Source: Malacoraja senta | Taxonomy: Eukaryota | Assembly: GCA_038087875.1 (NCBI GenBank) | Contig: CM075989.1 | Span: 20,772,001-20,836,000, forward strand | Length of the DNA stretch: 64,000 bases | Reading direction: 5' to 3' | Part shown: positions 1 to 12,566 of the stretch, piece by piece | How positions within the stretch are numbered: the stretch's first letter is position 1 | Layout: each line of letters opens with the position of its first letter | Translations under genes and position numbers: made by a program | Notes under the pieces: generated by a model | Told to the model about the DNA's origin: nothing | The model's database searches: none | Seen by the model: the letters and a program-made list of their open reading frames with translations, nothing else

Positions 1-267
1 CAGGCCCTTTGGCCAACCGAGTTTGCAGCAATCAGCGATCACCACATACCCTACACTAGGGGCAATCTTACAACTTACCAAAGCCAATTAACCTACAAAC
101 CTGTACATCTTTGGAGTGTGGGAGGAAACCGGAGCACCCGGAGAAAACTCACGCAGTCATAGGGAGAACGTACAAACTCCGTATATACAGCACCCTGATC
201 AGGATCAAACCCGGGTCACTGGTGCTGGAAGGCAGCAACTCTACCGCTGCTCAACTGTGCATGCCCG
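1..267 (-). mobile_element. tRNA-derived V-SINE (HE1-like)
   Basis: tRNA head, V-domain (gagtttgtacgttctccc..ggtttcctcccacactccaaaga) and CR1-like tail. Confidence 0.85.
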
Positions 268-654
268 CTTTTGGTCCATATTGATCCCAACCTTTGCTAT
301 ATGTATACTTCTCCAAATGTTTTTTAAATGTTGTTACGGTACCTTTAACTGTTGCTATAGTGCCATTTAATCTTCATCCAATTGGTGTTATGAACCATTC
401 TAATTCATGGGCTTCCACAAATGTTTGCTGCTTTTCCTTTCGGCAGTTGCTGTTTCTGCCCAGTTGACCTCTCTTCTGCACCACTGCTGTTAGTTTAAGT
501 AGCAAATTAAATTTCAATATCTCCCACTTATCCTTTTAGAAGATGTGGTCTATACTTTGGGTTCAATCCATCCCGACATTATGTTTCTCCCAAAAAAACC
601 GTCAGCACATTGACCTATCTAAAGCCAAAGATAGACACAAAAAGCCACACCACG

Positions 655-997
655 GGTAGCACGGTGGCGCAGCGGTAGAGGTGCTGGCTTACGCGCCAGA
701 GAACAGGGTTCGATCCTGACTACGGGTGCTGTCTGTACGGAGTTTGTACGTTCTCCCCGAGACCTGCCTGGGTTTTCTCCGGGATCTCCGGTTTCCTTCC
801 ACACTCGAAATACTGTACGTACAGGGTTGTTGGGTAATTGGCTTGGTAAATTGTCCCTGGTGTGTGTAGGATAATATTAGTGTGTCGATAATATTAGGGA
901 TCGCTGGTCGGCGTGGACTCGGTGGGTAGAAGGGCCTGTTTCCACCCTGTATCTCTAAACGAAATGAAACTAAACTGAACTAAACTAAACTAAACTA
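655..997 (+). mobile_element. V-SINE (HE1-like)
   Basis: A box tggcgcagcgg, B box ggttcgatcc, V-domain and (taaac)n tail. Confidence 0.9.
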
Positions 998-1756
998 AAG
1001 TTTATTTTTTGCCTGCATTTGCACTCTCGGGAGAGCTTTGATTTTATGATCATGTTTTTAGGATTTCAAATTAGATCAGTCCAGCTTCACACTAACCCAG
1101 TGAATGAACAATGCAGTCATTCTGACTTATTTCCCAGACTTGGTTTTGGTTGCAAAGCTAAAAATGATTCCCAAAGTGGTAGAAAGTAGGTATACGAGGG
1201 GATTGATGTTGATTGATGCAGAGAATTAAAAATATACATATTACTATCCAATGGAGCAGGCGTCTTTCCAAGGTTGAGAATTAAGGATGGTTGCGATTGA
1301 AATGTCAATTGCTTGAAATGCAAAGTATTTCCATTTCGAAGCATCAAATCCTCTCAATGTGATGAATATACAAATTCTCAATCACAAAATTATATGAAAC
1401 ACAACATTTTAAAAACAATGTGGTTTGTGTCACTGTCTTATTGTGATTGAGCACTTCGTTAATTAGTTTTTTTTTCTGCCAAGGAGATTATAAAGGAGTA
1501 ATCATACCCTCTGAAAATATACTTATCTCCTCTGTCCAGATGAACATGGGGTAATTGAAGTTCAAGGGCACTATTGATAGTGAGAGGCATAAGGTAATAC
1601 TACTGAGTCCGTTAAATACACTGAGATTGGTAATATGCCACGGTTAGTGCAGAAGGCAAATTGGAGAGATTGTCTTTTAACATAGAGGTCTTGGAGACTT
1701 TGATTTTGCAAAGATTGTGTAAAAGAGTAATGCAAATATTAATGTGCACGATAGTT

Positions 1757-2463
1757 GAGTTTAGGGGACAAAGCCTGGAAACAGGCCCTTCGGCCCACCG
1801 GGCCCACACTGACCATCGATCACCCATTCACAATGACCACTTCCTACACACCAGGGGCAATTGTCAGAGGGCCGATTAACCTACAAAGCCGCACGTCTTT
1901 GGGATGTGGGAGGAAACCGGTCTGACCGGAGGAAACCAACACGGTCACGGTAAGAACGGGCAAACTCCAAACAGACAGCTCCCGAGGTCAGGATCGAACA
2001 GAGGGGGGAGGGTCGGGAGGGAGGAGGGGGTCTCCCTGTCGGTCTGCTCCTGGGCCTGGCCAAGATGGCCATTCGCGGGTCCAGGCAGCGGGCGGTCGAT
2101 GGCCGCACAGCGGTCGGCTGCCTGCCCCTTTTCCGGGGTTACGTCCATGCCCGCGTGTCCCTAGAGAGGGAAATGCGGTGTCCACGGGGACTGTGGAGGC
2201 CTTCTGTGAACGCTGGTCACCGCAGGAGGTTGAATATATTATAGATAAAAATGTTAATATTTTAATTTGATAATTTTGTTTAAGTGTTATTTTAAATTGT
2301 GTGAGCTTTCTACCCTCCCTTGTAAATTGTACATTTGTTTAAAAATCTAATAAAAAAAACATTTACGGAAAAAAAAAAAAAAAAAAAAAAAGAGGTCAGG
2401 ATCGAACCGGGGTCTCAGGTGTTGTGAGGCAGTGGGTCTACCCACTACGCCACTGTGCCGCCC
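1757..2463 (-). mobile_element. V-SINE interrupted by the Tx1 fragment
   Basis: SINE body at 1757-1999 resumes at 2392-2463. Confidence 0.85.
2000..2391 (+). mobile_element. 3' fragment of a Tx1-clade LINE inserted into a V-SINE
   Basis: One frame reads LPVGLLLGLAKMAIRGSRQRAVDG..CLPLFRGYVHARVSLERE, resembling a Tx1 ORF2 C-terminus. AATAAA and poly-A follow. 16-bp TSD gaggtcaggatcgaac (1984-1999 and 2392-2407). Confidence 0.85.
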
Positions 2464-2646
2464 ACAAAGGCATTGTTCCACTGATTTTATTTTGCTGGCA
2501 TGAACATGGGCCATGGATATGACTATAACTTGGTTGGATTAATATTTTATGACAGAATGATATGTCACGTGCATAGCAAAGTTAAACACATCAATGTATA
2601 AGGCAGCATTGAAGTTGGTTCAGTCTGGCTGGTATAAAACACATTT

Positions 2647-2950
2647 GTTTTAGTTTAGTTTAGTTTAGAGATACAGTGCTTAGATAGGACCTTCGCCCCA
2701 CCGAGTCCATTTGACCAGCGATCACACCATGCTACACAATAGGGACAATTTAACATTTTAATGAAGCCAATTAACCTTCAAACATGTACGTCTTTGGAGT
2801 GTGGGAGGAAACTGGAGCACCCGGAGAAAACCCACACAGGTCAGGGGGAGAACGTACAAACTCCGTACAGACAGCTCCCATAGTCAGGATCGAACCCGGG
2901 TCTCTGGCGCTGTGAGGCCGTATCTCTGCCGCTGTGCCACCCTGCCGCCC
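2647..2950 (-). mobile_element. V-SINE
   Basis: Full head, core and tail structure. Confidence 0.88.
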
Positions 2951-3053
2951 TCAAAGGGAGTGATCACCTTTTCTTACCAGTACCACAAAAATAAATTCCC
3001 CAGCCACTAATATACTTCCTGTGGAGATCAATAGACAATAGACAATAGACAAT

Positions 3054-6000
3054 TCATATCAAGCTTTTCAAAATAAAAAGAATAAGAATGAACAAAGACA
3101 GTTAGAAGAACTTATTAGACAAATGGATATAGATAATGCTAAAGATCCATCAATAGATAAACATAATAAAATAATAATTTTGAAATTTAAATTAAATAAA
3201 TTATTATCTGCCAAACTTATAAGACTTTTTCAAATTACAAAACAAGAGCACTTTGAATTTGGGGATAAACCGCATAAACTTTTGGCTCACCAGCTAAAAA
3301 AACGAGAAAAGGAACATACTATACCAAAGATCAAATCAGATAAAGGGGAATTATTAACAACACCGAAGGATATTAATAAAAGATTTGCGCAATTTTATGA
3401 TAATTTGTATACATCTAAAACGACAATTGATTCCAATAATATCACAAAGTTTTTGGATAACTGTAATCTTCCAAAGTTAGAGCTGAAGGAACAAGAGGAA
3501 TTGGGTGCACAAATCTCAATTAAGGAATTAGAAGATACAATAAACTCACTAAAGAATGGAAAAACACCAGGCCCTGATGGATTTACTAATGAATTTTATA
3601 AAAGCTTTTATGATAAAATAATACCAAGATTACAAAAAATGTACCAATATGCTTATAAAAAACGAATACTACCTGATACATTAGCGGAATCAACGATTAC
3701 ACTAATACCTAAGAAAAACAAAGATTTAGAAGAACCTGGTTCATATAGAGCTATAGCATTGTTAAACACAGATCAAAAAATATTAGCGAAAACATTAGCT
3801 AGAAGATTAAGTAAATACATTAGTAAATTAATAAACCCAGATCAGACGGGGTTTATCCCTAAGAGATATTCATCTAACAATATGAGACGTCTACTCAACA
3901 TAATGCACTCACACAAATCTGAAGATCAAGAATTATCAATTATTTCGCTGGATGCTGAAAAAGCATTTGATCAAGTAGAATGGAATTATATGGATAAAGT
4001 ATTACAAGAATTCCAACTGGGGGAGAATTTTATTCTATGGATCGTTACTATATAACAAACCTACAGCTAGAATACTAACTGATAACATATTATCCTCGAA
4101 ATTCCAACTATCAAGGGGAAATAGACAAGGATGCTCATTATCACCACAGCTGTTTGCTCTCATTATTGAACCGCTAGCAGAAAAAATTAGAATACACCCT
4201 GATATCCATGGATATAATACTAAAGACTCATATAATAAAATATCTTTATACGCGGATGATATATTACTGTACATTACAAAACCTCAAATCACTATACCAA
4301 ATATATTAAATTTAATTGAAGACTTTGGATCTTTTTATGGATATAGAATAAATTGGAATAAAAGTGAAATTATGTCAATAAAACCGAAAGATTCAACACA
4401 TCTTTTAAAATTCCCTTTTAAAATAGCGACAGAAAAATTTAAATATTGGGAATCGAAATTACCAGAACATATCAAGGTATGTTCAGGGCAAATTTTGACC
4501 CCCTACTTAATAAATTAAACACACGAATTAAATTCTGGAAAACGTTCCCGATGTCTTTAATAGGCCGAATAAACGCAATAAAAATGATCTTTCTACCACA
4601 AATTTTATACCTATTTCAATCGATTCCTATATACTTACCAAAGAAGTTTAAAAAAAAACTCGACTCAGATATCACTAATTTTATATGGGACTATAAATCA
4701 CATAGAATACAAAAAACTCATCTGAATAAACCTAAAGTATTGGGGGGTTTAGCACTACCTAACTTTATGTATTATTATTGGTCAGTAAATATTAAAAATA
4801 TGATTCAACTGATGGATAACTCCGCCCAGCAAGTGGACTGGATTGTAATGGAGAAAGAGGATTGCTCCTCTGGAAACATTGGAGCGATCCTCCTTTCTCC
4901 AATGAAATTGAATAACATAAATTATAATAAGAACCCAATTATTCATAATACAATCCGAATTTGGAAACAAATAAAACAAAATTTAAAATTAAGAAATTTA
5001 TCACTTTTATTACCAATAGTTAATAGCCCTTCGTTTAATCCCTCTATTATAGATAAAGCTTTTACACATTGGGATAGACTAGGAATTAAAACGCTTGGTG
5101 ACTTGTATGAAACTGGAAAATTACTTTCATTTCAACAATTACAAATAAAATATAAACTCGGAAATAATCAATATTTTAAATATTTTCAAATATGCGACTA
5201 TTTGAAAAAATATACAAAAGATCATTATAATAACCCAGTAGATGTATTGGATGAGGCAATGCAGATAAAAGCTGAATCAGCAAACTTAATATCATATTTG
5301 TATAATATTATCTTAAATGTACAAATACCATCTACGGAGGGTATCAGAAGAGACTGGGAACAAGAGTTAGCTATTAAAATTTCAAAGGAAAGTTGGAATG
5401 AACACTTATTAAACATGCATATAAATGTTTGATTAATGTAAGACACACTTTAATACAATTACAAATTTTACATAGATTATATTATTCGAAAACTAAAATT
5501 CATAAAATTTTCCCAAATGTATCATCTATTTGTGATAAATGTCAATCCCAAGAAGCTACTATAGCGCACTCATTCGTTTTCTGTACAAAAATTCAAAAAT
5601 TTTGGAATGACATTTTTGAAATCTTTACAAAGTTATTTAAAATAAGACTGATACCCAAAGCAGAATGGATTATCTTCGGAATAACGGAAGATGGCCCAGA
5701 ACTAAATGTGTTTCAAAAGAAACTAATGGACTATGGGTTAATAACTGGAAAAAAGCTAATTCTAAAATTTTGGAAGAAGTCTCCAATACTAACTATAAAT
5801 ATGTGGACTTCAAATATGTTCGAAACATTACACCTAGAAGAGATAAGACTCCTCCTAGCAGGTAAACCAGATCACTTCCACCTGACGTGGTCTGCATTTA
5901 TAGAATTATTACAAATATAGGGTGCAAAAGTACTTAAAAAAAAATTGAGGTCAGGTAAGGGGGGATGCTAGTTGAAGAGTTGGTATGTCCCATTTACGTA

Positions 6001-6153
6001 ATGCTCATAAAAATATTTGTTTCTCTCTTTTTCCTCTTTCTCTTTCTCTTTCTTTTCTAGGGTCTATTTCTTAACTCTTTTTCTTTGGTTTTTAATTTTT
6101 AATGTAATGTACTTCTAATAAATAAAAATTAAAAAAAAAAAAAAAAAAAAAAA
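3054..6153 (+). mobile_element. 5'-truncated L1-clade LINE (ORF2, 3' UTR, poly-A)
   Basis: L1 ORF2 motifs KTPGPDGFTNEFY, SLDAEKAFD, YADD (4249-4260) and CDKC..H...C. AATAAA near 6117 and poly-A at 6131-6154. Flanked by agacaatagacaatagacaat (3033-3053 and 6154-6174). Confidence 0.95.
3123..5920 (+). pseudogene. Frameshifted L1 ORF2 (RT and C-terminal cysteine-rich region; endonuclease missing)
   Basis: ORF-track pieces 3123-4055, 4446-5432 and 5429-5920 plus the intervening RT core, joined by frameshifts near 4040, 4445 and 5425. Confidence 0.92.
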
Positions 6154-6154
6154 A

Positions 6155-6448
6155 GACAATAGACAATAGACAATAGGTGCAGGAGTAGGCCATTTGGCCC
6201 TTCGAGCCAGCACCGGCATTCAATGTGATCATGGCTGATCATCCACAATCAGTACCCCGTTCCTGCCTTCTCCCCATATCCCCTGACTCAGCTATTTTTA
6301 AGAGCCCTATCTAGCTCTCTCTTGAAAGCATCCAGAGAACCTGCCTCCACCACCCTCTGAGGCAGAGAATTCCACAGACTCACCACACTCTGTGAGAAAA
6401 AGTGTTTCCTCGTCTCCGTTCTAAATGGCTTACTCCTTATTCTTAAAC
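6155..6448 (-). mobile_element. CR1/HER1 LINE 3' fragment
   Basis: FFSQSVVSLWNSLPQRVVEAGSLDAFKRELD plus the CR1 3' UTR and a (ctattgt)n tail. Confidence 0.88.
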
Positions 6449-6798
6449 TAAGACACTCATAATGGAACAAATAATCACCAAACCTCAATGATGCAGACTT
6501 TCATAAATTGAGTGCAATACGACCATTATGAATCATACACTTCAATGCTATCTTTGGTCGACTAAAATGTTGCTCTGATATTGAGGAAGTAAATGCAAGC
6601 ACTGAATTATACTGACAGTTGACTGGTATTTGGTTGTGGTTTAAAGGGTTTCTGATCCGCGTCTTAAATATGTATCATAGAGTTTTGATTTCAAGTAATC
6701 TCTTTTAGGGTCAGTAGACCACATCCTTCCATGCTTTGTGAATGATCAGTCTGTCAGCAACATTTGTACAAGGTTTTGGTGTGAGTGGAGGCACCAGC

Positions 6799-7108
6799 TT
6801 AGACTTTAGAGATATTACAGCGTGGAAACAGGCCCCCTTCGGCTCACACGAGTCCGCGCCGGCCAGCGATCATCGCGCACGCCAGCACCATCCTACACAC
6901 CAGGGACAATTTACAATTTACAGAAGCCAATTAACCTACAAACCTGCACGTCTTTGGAATGTGGGAGGAAACTGGGGCACAACGCAGGTCATGGGGAGAA
7001 CATACAAACTCCATACAGACAGCTCCCGTAGTCAGGATCGAACCTGGGTCTCTGGCGCTGAAAGTGCTGTAAGGCAGCAACTCTACCATTATGCCACCGT
7101 GCTGCCCT
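6799..7108 (-). mobile_element. V-SINE
   Basis: Full head, core and tail structure. Confidence 0.85.
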
Positions 7109-8152
7109 CAGTATCTCTATGGACAGAAGCTTATGTGAACTAAAGGCTTATGTGAACTAAAAGCTCACCCCACGCCCATCAGTCTGAAGAAGGGTCTCGA
7201 TTCGAAACATCACCTATTCTTTTTCTCCAGAGATGCTGCCAGTTACTCCATCATTTTGCACCTCTCTTTGGTGTAAACTAACATCTGCAGTTCCTTTCTA
7301 CATAGCCCGAAGAAGGGTCCTGACCCGAAACATTACCTGTTCAGTCCCTCCACAGATGCTGCCTGACACATTGAATTCCTTCAGCACTTTGTTTACAGCC
7401 CAGAAGTAGTCCTCTGAGGCAATAAAATGATAACAATTGTAATAGGTGGGTAGGAGTTGGTTTGTAAATGTAGTTTTTCTACTTAGTCCTTTTGCAGACT
7501 TTAATTCAAAGGTTCAAAGGGTATTTTATTGCTTTGTGTACCAATTAAGGTGCAGTGAAACCGATTTACCACAGTCATACTCCTTGATGTTAGGCCGCAG
7601 ATACGATACGGAAAAAAAATTGTATCTCCGTCGAGGTAAGAGATTAAAAAAAAGTTTCCCCCAACCACCCCTGCCCCATCCCCCCCCCACAGAAAGCAAA
7701 GCTAAAGTTCACTAAAACATACATTGAACACAAACTAAAAACAACAAAGAGGAAAAGGACGAGACAGACTGTTGGCGAGGCAGCCACTGGAATAGGTTCA
7801 GTTGAGTCCAGAGATCAAAGTCAAATTGAATTTTGTAGTGCATTAATTTATCCCACCCTCTCTTTTAATATTTTAGTCTTAAAATACATTTAAGTTGCAG
7901 TTGCATGGGCCACACAAATGCTGAGTTGTGCATGGTAAAGTCTCCCAAATAGCAACAAGACAATGCTTACAAAATCTATTACAGTTGATGGATCAGTAGA
8001 CCCTCATGCATTTTTAATTAAGAAATGTTGTTTTATGGATTGTACTTTTGAACAAATCAGTTGCAGTAAACGTGTATATCTGCACAAACAAACTCTGAAG
8101 GTTGTTACTTAAAATGGTGACCTTTGAAATACATATGTCCAGTTACCCATGT

Positions 8153-8440
8153 GGGCGGCACAGTGGTAGAGTTGCTGCCTCACACTGCCAGAGACCCAGG
8201 TTCGATCCTAACGACGGGTGTTGTCTGTAGGGAGTTTGTACGCTCTCCCTGTAACCATGTGTGTTATCTCCGAATGTTTCCTCCCACGCTCCAAAGACAT
8301 ACAGGTTTGTACATTCATTGGCTTCGGTAAACTTGTAAATTGTCCCTGGTGTGTGTAGGATAGTGCTAGTGTACTGGTCGCTGGTCGGCACGGACTCGGT
8401 GGGACAAAGGGCCTGTTTCTCTAAAGTCGAAAGTAAAGTC
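8153..8440 (+). mobile_element. V-SINE
   Basis: Full head, core and tail structure. Confidence 0.85.
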
Positions 8441-9679
8441 AAAAGATGAATAAATATAAATTAATATCAAATAATTCAATCATTATTAAAAAATGGAAAA
8501 AACGAAAGCAATCAAAGTGGAATAATAATGAATTTAAATTTACACAATTTAAGGAGACTTAGATTAAACTTAGATTAGATATATTTATGTTAGTAAATAT
8601 AACATTTACATCTAGTTATTGGCCACAACCGAAGCAACAAAACTGCTGAAGTTTAATAATGATGGCGATATTTTTATTCCTCAAGAATGCGATGAATTTA
8701 ACATGCCATAGCCAGACATCTCACTGTGCGTTTGGGAGGTAAACCATGGCAAAAATAACATCTGAAATAAAACATGAAGCGTGCTGTTGGCAAAACGCTG
8801 TCCAAATGAATTGCGGAGATGCTGCATGCATCCTGCATGTTGTCACAATCCAAACACTCACATCCTCTGCCCTTTAAATGAACTGAAAAGCAAGCCGATG
8901 AAATCTGTCTCACCGAGGCTGGCAGTGAAATGGGGCAATTGTAATCCTCGCAAGATTACATAGCTTTACCTTTCCTTTCAATTAAAAAACTCTCTGTGAC
9001 ATAATCCTTGGGACCGGGCGTGACGTAGCGTTACCAGCACTTTCAATTGGAAAGGAGGGGGATGAGAAATATCAGTCAAATTAAAGGTTAATTGGAGCCA
9101 GAAATCTAATATTAATCTGCTGATTTACCCCTGGAGACTCTTTCCGCCTTTTGTAGAAAACCCACAGAGATCACCATACGATGCTAGGGAATATAGAGTG
9201 AGATATTAAGCGCCCCTGTCTAAATTTGTTCCTGTGATCAGTGCTGGTTGAGTTTGAGAGACTCTTGGATTTCTCAAGGGAATTAATGATACTTTCCTTT
9301 ACTTTTGTTATTCAATTATAATGGAATGGACAGAAAGAGAGAGGGGATTTTCAAAAGTCTGTTTCCAAAAGGGTTGTGTGTGTGTGTGTGTGTACAATTG
9401 GGGGAGATGGGAATGGTGGATCTGAGCAACATCAGTGATCTGAACTGTCGCCCACCACATCTATCTATCTGATCAAAAAATGGTTCAAATCTGCACAAGG
9501 TGATTTTTTTCTTTGTTGGAAGGATAGGGGTACAAAACGGTGCTGATCGCGTTAAAGAAAAGTGAGACAGCCCCTTCAGTAACGATAAAACCATTGAACT
9601 AAAAGCGAACAGGTTCTTTTTTGAACAGCATGGCATTGACACCAAATATCTAATACCACACTGCAATCACAGTGTAACG

Positions 9680-9683
<4 letters not shown>

Positions 9684-9737
<54 letters not shown>

Positions 9738-9750
9738 TATATATATATAT
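9684..9750. repeat. (TA)n microsatellite
   Basis: Seen directly in the sequence. Confidence 0.95.
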
Positions 9751-10160
9751 TTTAAAAATATTTTAATTTTATTAGAAGTAAGTACAATTGTATACAATCA
9801 TATTTTCATAATACATGTTATGTACAGCTTCTTATTTTTTTATTATAGTAAAGAAGAATAAGAAAAATAAATTAGATAATAAAATACAGAAAAACGTGAG
9901 ATATATAGTGTGTGAAGAAGAAGAAAAGAGAATGAGAGAAGAAAGTTAAAGAGTAGAAAATAGGTAAAAGAGAGTAAAAAATTTTTTTTTTAAAAGAAGT
10001 AAGGAGAACATTATTTATAATCTTGACCATCCCTCGCCCAGTCCCGAGACAATTAGCTTTTACAGTTGTGTTGCACCATATGATTCCAAAAAGACGACAA
10101 ATGGAGACCAACTCGTTATGAATTGGTCAGATTTATCTATTAGGAGGAATCGCATTTCCT
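9685..10160 (-). mobile_element. L1 3' fragment whose tail has become a (TA)n microsatellite
   Basis: Minus frame EEMRFLLIDKSDQFITSWSPFVVFLESYG matches the L1 C-terminus at 5830-5920. TSD cagtgtaac(g/a)ttttt at 9670-9684 and 10161-10175. Confidence 0.85.
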
Positions 10161-10176
10161 CAGTGTAACATTTTTC

Positions 10177-10631
10177 AATAGACAATTAGACAATAGGTGC
10201 AGGAGTAGGCCATTCGGCCCTTCGAGCCAGCACCGCCATTCAATGTGATCATGGCTGATCATCCCCAATCAGTACCCCATTCTTGCCTTCTCCCCATATC
10301 CCCTGACTCCGCTATCTTTAAGAGCCCTATCTAGCTCTCCCCTGAAAGTATCCAGAGAACCACCCTCTGAGGCAGAGAATTCCACAGACTCACAACTCTC
10401 TGTGAGAAAAAGTTCCTTGTTTTTTTGAAGCACAATGATGAACAGACTGTTTTTTTTACATAGAAACATAGAAAAATAGGGGCGGGAGTAGGCCATTTGG
10501 CCCTTTGAGCCAGCACTGCCATTCAATATGATCATGGCTGATCATTTAAAATCAGTACCCCGTTCCTGCTTTTTCCCCATATCCCTTGATTCATTTAGCC
10601 CTAAGAATTAAATTAAATCTAACTCTCTCTT
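10177..10631 (-). mobile_element. Two adjacent CR1 3' fragments
   Basis: Two copies of the CR1 3' UTR (gggccgaatggcctactcctgc) with microsatellite tails. Confidence 0.8.
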
Positions 10632-11016
10632 GATAAATTTCTTTCAAGATCCTTGAGATGTGGACGTGGATGAATGACGGCAGCTGCATTCTGTAACCTT
10701 TGACGACTTTAGCAAGGGGTTCATTAGATAGTTAGGACACACAAGGAACTGCAGATATTGGATTCTTGAGCAAAGCACAAAGTGGTGGAGGAACCCAAGG
10801 CAGCATCTGGGGAGGAACTGGGGATAAGATGATGTTTCGTTCGGATCCAGACAGGAGAATGTCGCCTTTATAATGTTTGTTCAGTTCAGTTTCAGATTAG
10901 TTTATTGTCACGTGTACCGAGGTACAGTGAAAAGCTTTTGTTGCGTGCTAACTAATCAGCAGAAAGACAATACATGATTAACATCGATCCATTTACAGTG
11001 TACAGATACATGATAA

Positions 11017-11593
11017 AGCCCCTGTCCCACTTTCACGACCTAATAGCTGACCTCTGCCGAGTTTGCCCTTGGCTCATACTCGCAGCACGGTCGCCACGAG
11101 GTCGTAGGAGGTCTTCGTAACTCTTCCTCGTGCTCGTGAGTGGTCTCCGCGTACTCGTGGCCTCAAGTAGGTCGCGGCGTTTTTTCCAGCCTGATAAAAA
11201 ATGTCCACGAGTAAAAGAAAGGTCGGCCTGAAGAAAATGGATACTTTTTACTCGTATGCAGGTCGTAGGTAGGTCGTGATGGTAGTCGTAGATAGTCGTA
11301 GGTCGGTAACTGGCCCAAGAAAAAAATGCAAACTTGACATCATTTTATCATGTGATAATTTTCCACTCGGAGCTAGTAGTAGTTGGTCTTAGGTGTGGAA
11401 GACTGAGGTCGAGGGGGATTGTAGGAGGTCGTAGACATAGTCGTAGGAGGTCGTAGACATAGTCGTAGGAGGTCGTAGACATAGTCGGGGTAGGTCTTTT
11501 ACTTCGGCGAGTCAACACGACCCTGACATTTTTTTCAACTCGTGTAGGGTCTTCTAAACTTGTGGATTAGGTTGTCCAAGTGGGACAGGCCCT
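11017..11593. mobile_element. PIF/Harbinger-type MITE
   Basis: TIR ag(cc/gg)cctgtcccactt, TAA TSD (11014-11016 and 11594-11596), internal gtaggaggtcgtagacatagtc repeats. Inserted in a Rex1-type tail. Confidence 0.88.
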
Positions 11594-11859
11594 TAAGGGA
11601 ATAACATTGAGGAGAGTGTTGCAATGTTAGAGTATGTTTCCATGCTGTATGACTGTGACTCATTGGGAATCTGTAGATTACAGATTGAAATTCAGCGGTC
11701 ACTATCCAACCTCTCTCTCAACTGTTCCTACCACAGGGGCAGGGATAGTGATGTACTTGCCATGAGGCTGCATGAAATTCAAGCAGCCGGGCTTACGTCC
11801 CGTGGTGTTCCCTTACGTTAAAGCACTGCTGAGTGAAAATGCATCTGTACTTCAGCACA

Positions 11860-12138
11860 GTTTAGTTATAGAGATACAGCGTGGAAACAGGTCCTACGGC
11901 CTACCTACTCCGCGTCGACCAGCGATCCCTGCACGCTAACACTATCCTACAATTTTCACACATATACCAAGCCAATTAACCTACAAACCTGTACGTTTTT
12001 GGAGTGTGGGAGGAAACCGAAGATCTCGGAGAAAACTCACGCAAGCAACGGGGAGAACGTACAAACTCCGTACAGACAGCACCCGTAGTCGGGATCGAAC
12101 CCGGGTATCTGGAGCTAGAAGGCAGCAACTCTACCACT
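11860..12138 (-). mobile_element. V-SINE
   Basis: Core, tail and partial head. Confidence 0.85.
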
Positions 12139-12189
12139 ACTGTTGCATTCGTCTCATAATCTGAAATCGCAGTGCTAATACAGCGGATG

Positions 12190-12566
12190 CCAGAGGACAT
12201 AAGTTTAAGGTGAGAGGGGAAGGATTTAGTAAGAATCTGAGGGAAAACATTTTTACTCAGAGGGTGGTGGCTATATGGAACGGGCTGCCAGAGGAGGAAT
12301 TTGAACCAGGTACAATATCCCTTGACTCCACTATCTTTAAGAGCTCTATCTAACTCTCTCTTGAAAGCATCCAGAGAACTGGCTGGTTCTCTGGATGCTT
12401 TCAAGAGAGAGTTAGATAGAGCTCTTACAGATAGCGGAGTCAAGGGATATGGGGAGAAGGCAGGAACGGGGTACTGATTGTGGATGATCAGCCATGATCA
12501 CATTGAATGGCAGTGCTGGCTCAAAGGGCCGAATGGCCTACTCCTGCACCTATTGTCTATTGTCTA
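12190..12566 (+). mobile_element. CR1 fragments including a fold-back inverted duplication
   Basis: CR1 ORF2 end and 3' UTR. 12315-12379 is the reverse complement of 12386-12450. Confidence 0.8.

Noticed and set aside
655..730. tRNA genes at SINE heads
   Set aside because: The A/B boxes run directly into the V-domain and LINE tail, so these are SINEs rather than tRNA genes.
11421..11490. 22-bp direct repeats resembling a CRISPR array
   Set aside because: No spacers; internal tandem repeat of a MITE in eukaryotic DNA.
11770..11830. tcccgtggt resembling an HDV L3/P3
   Set aside because: No matching P3 5' strand and no consistent P1 or P2.
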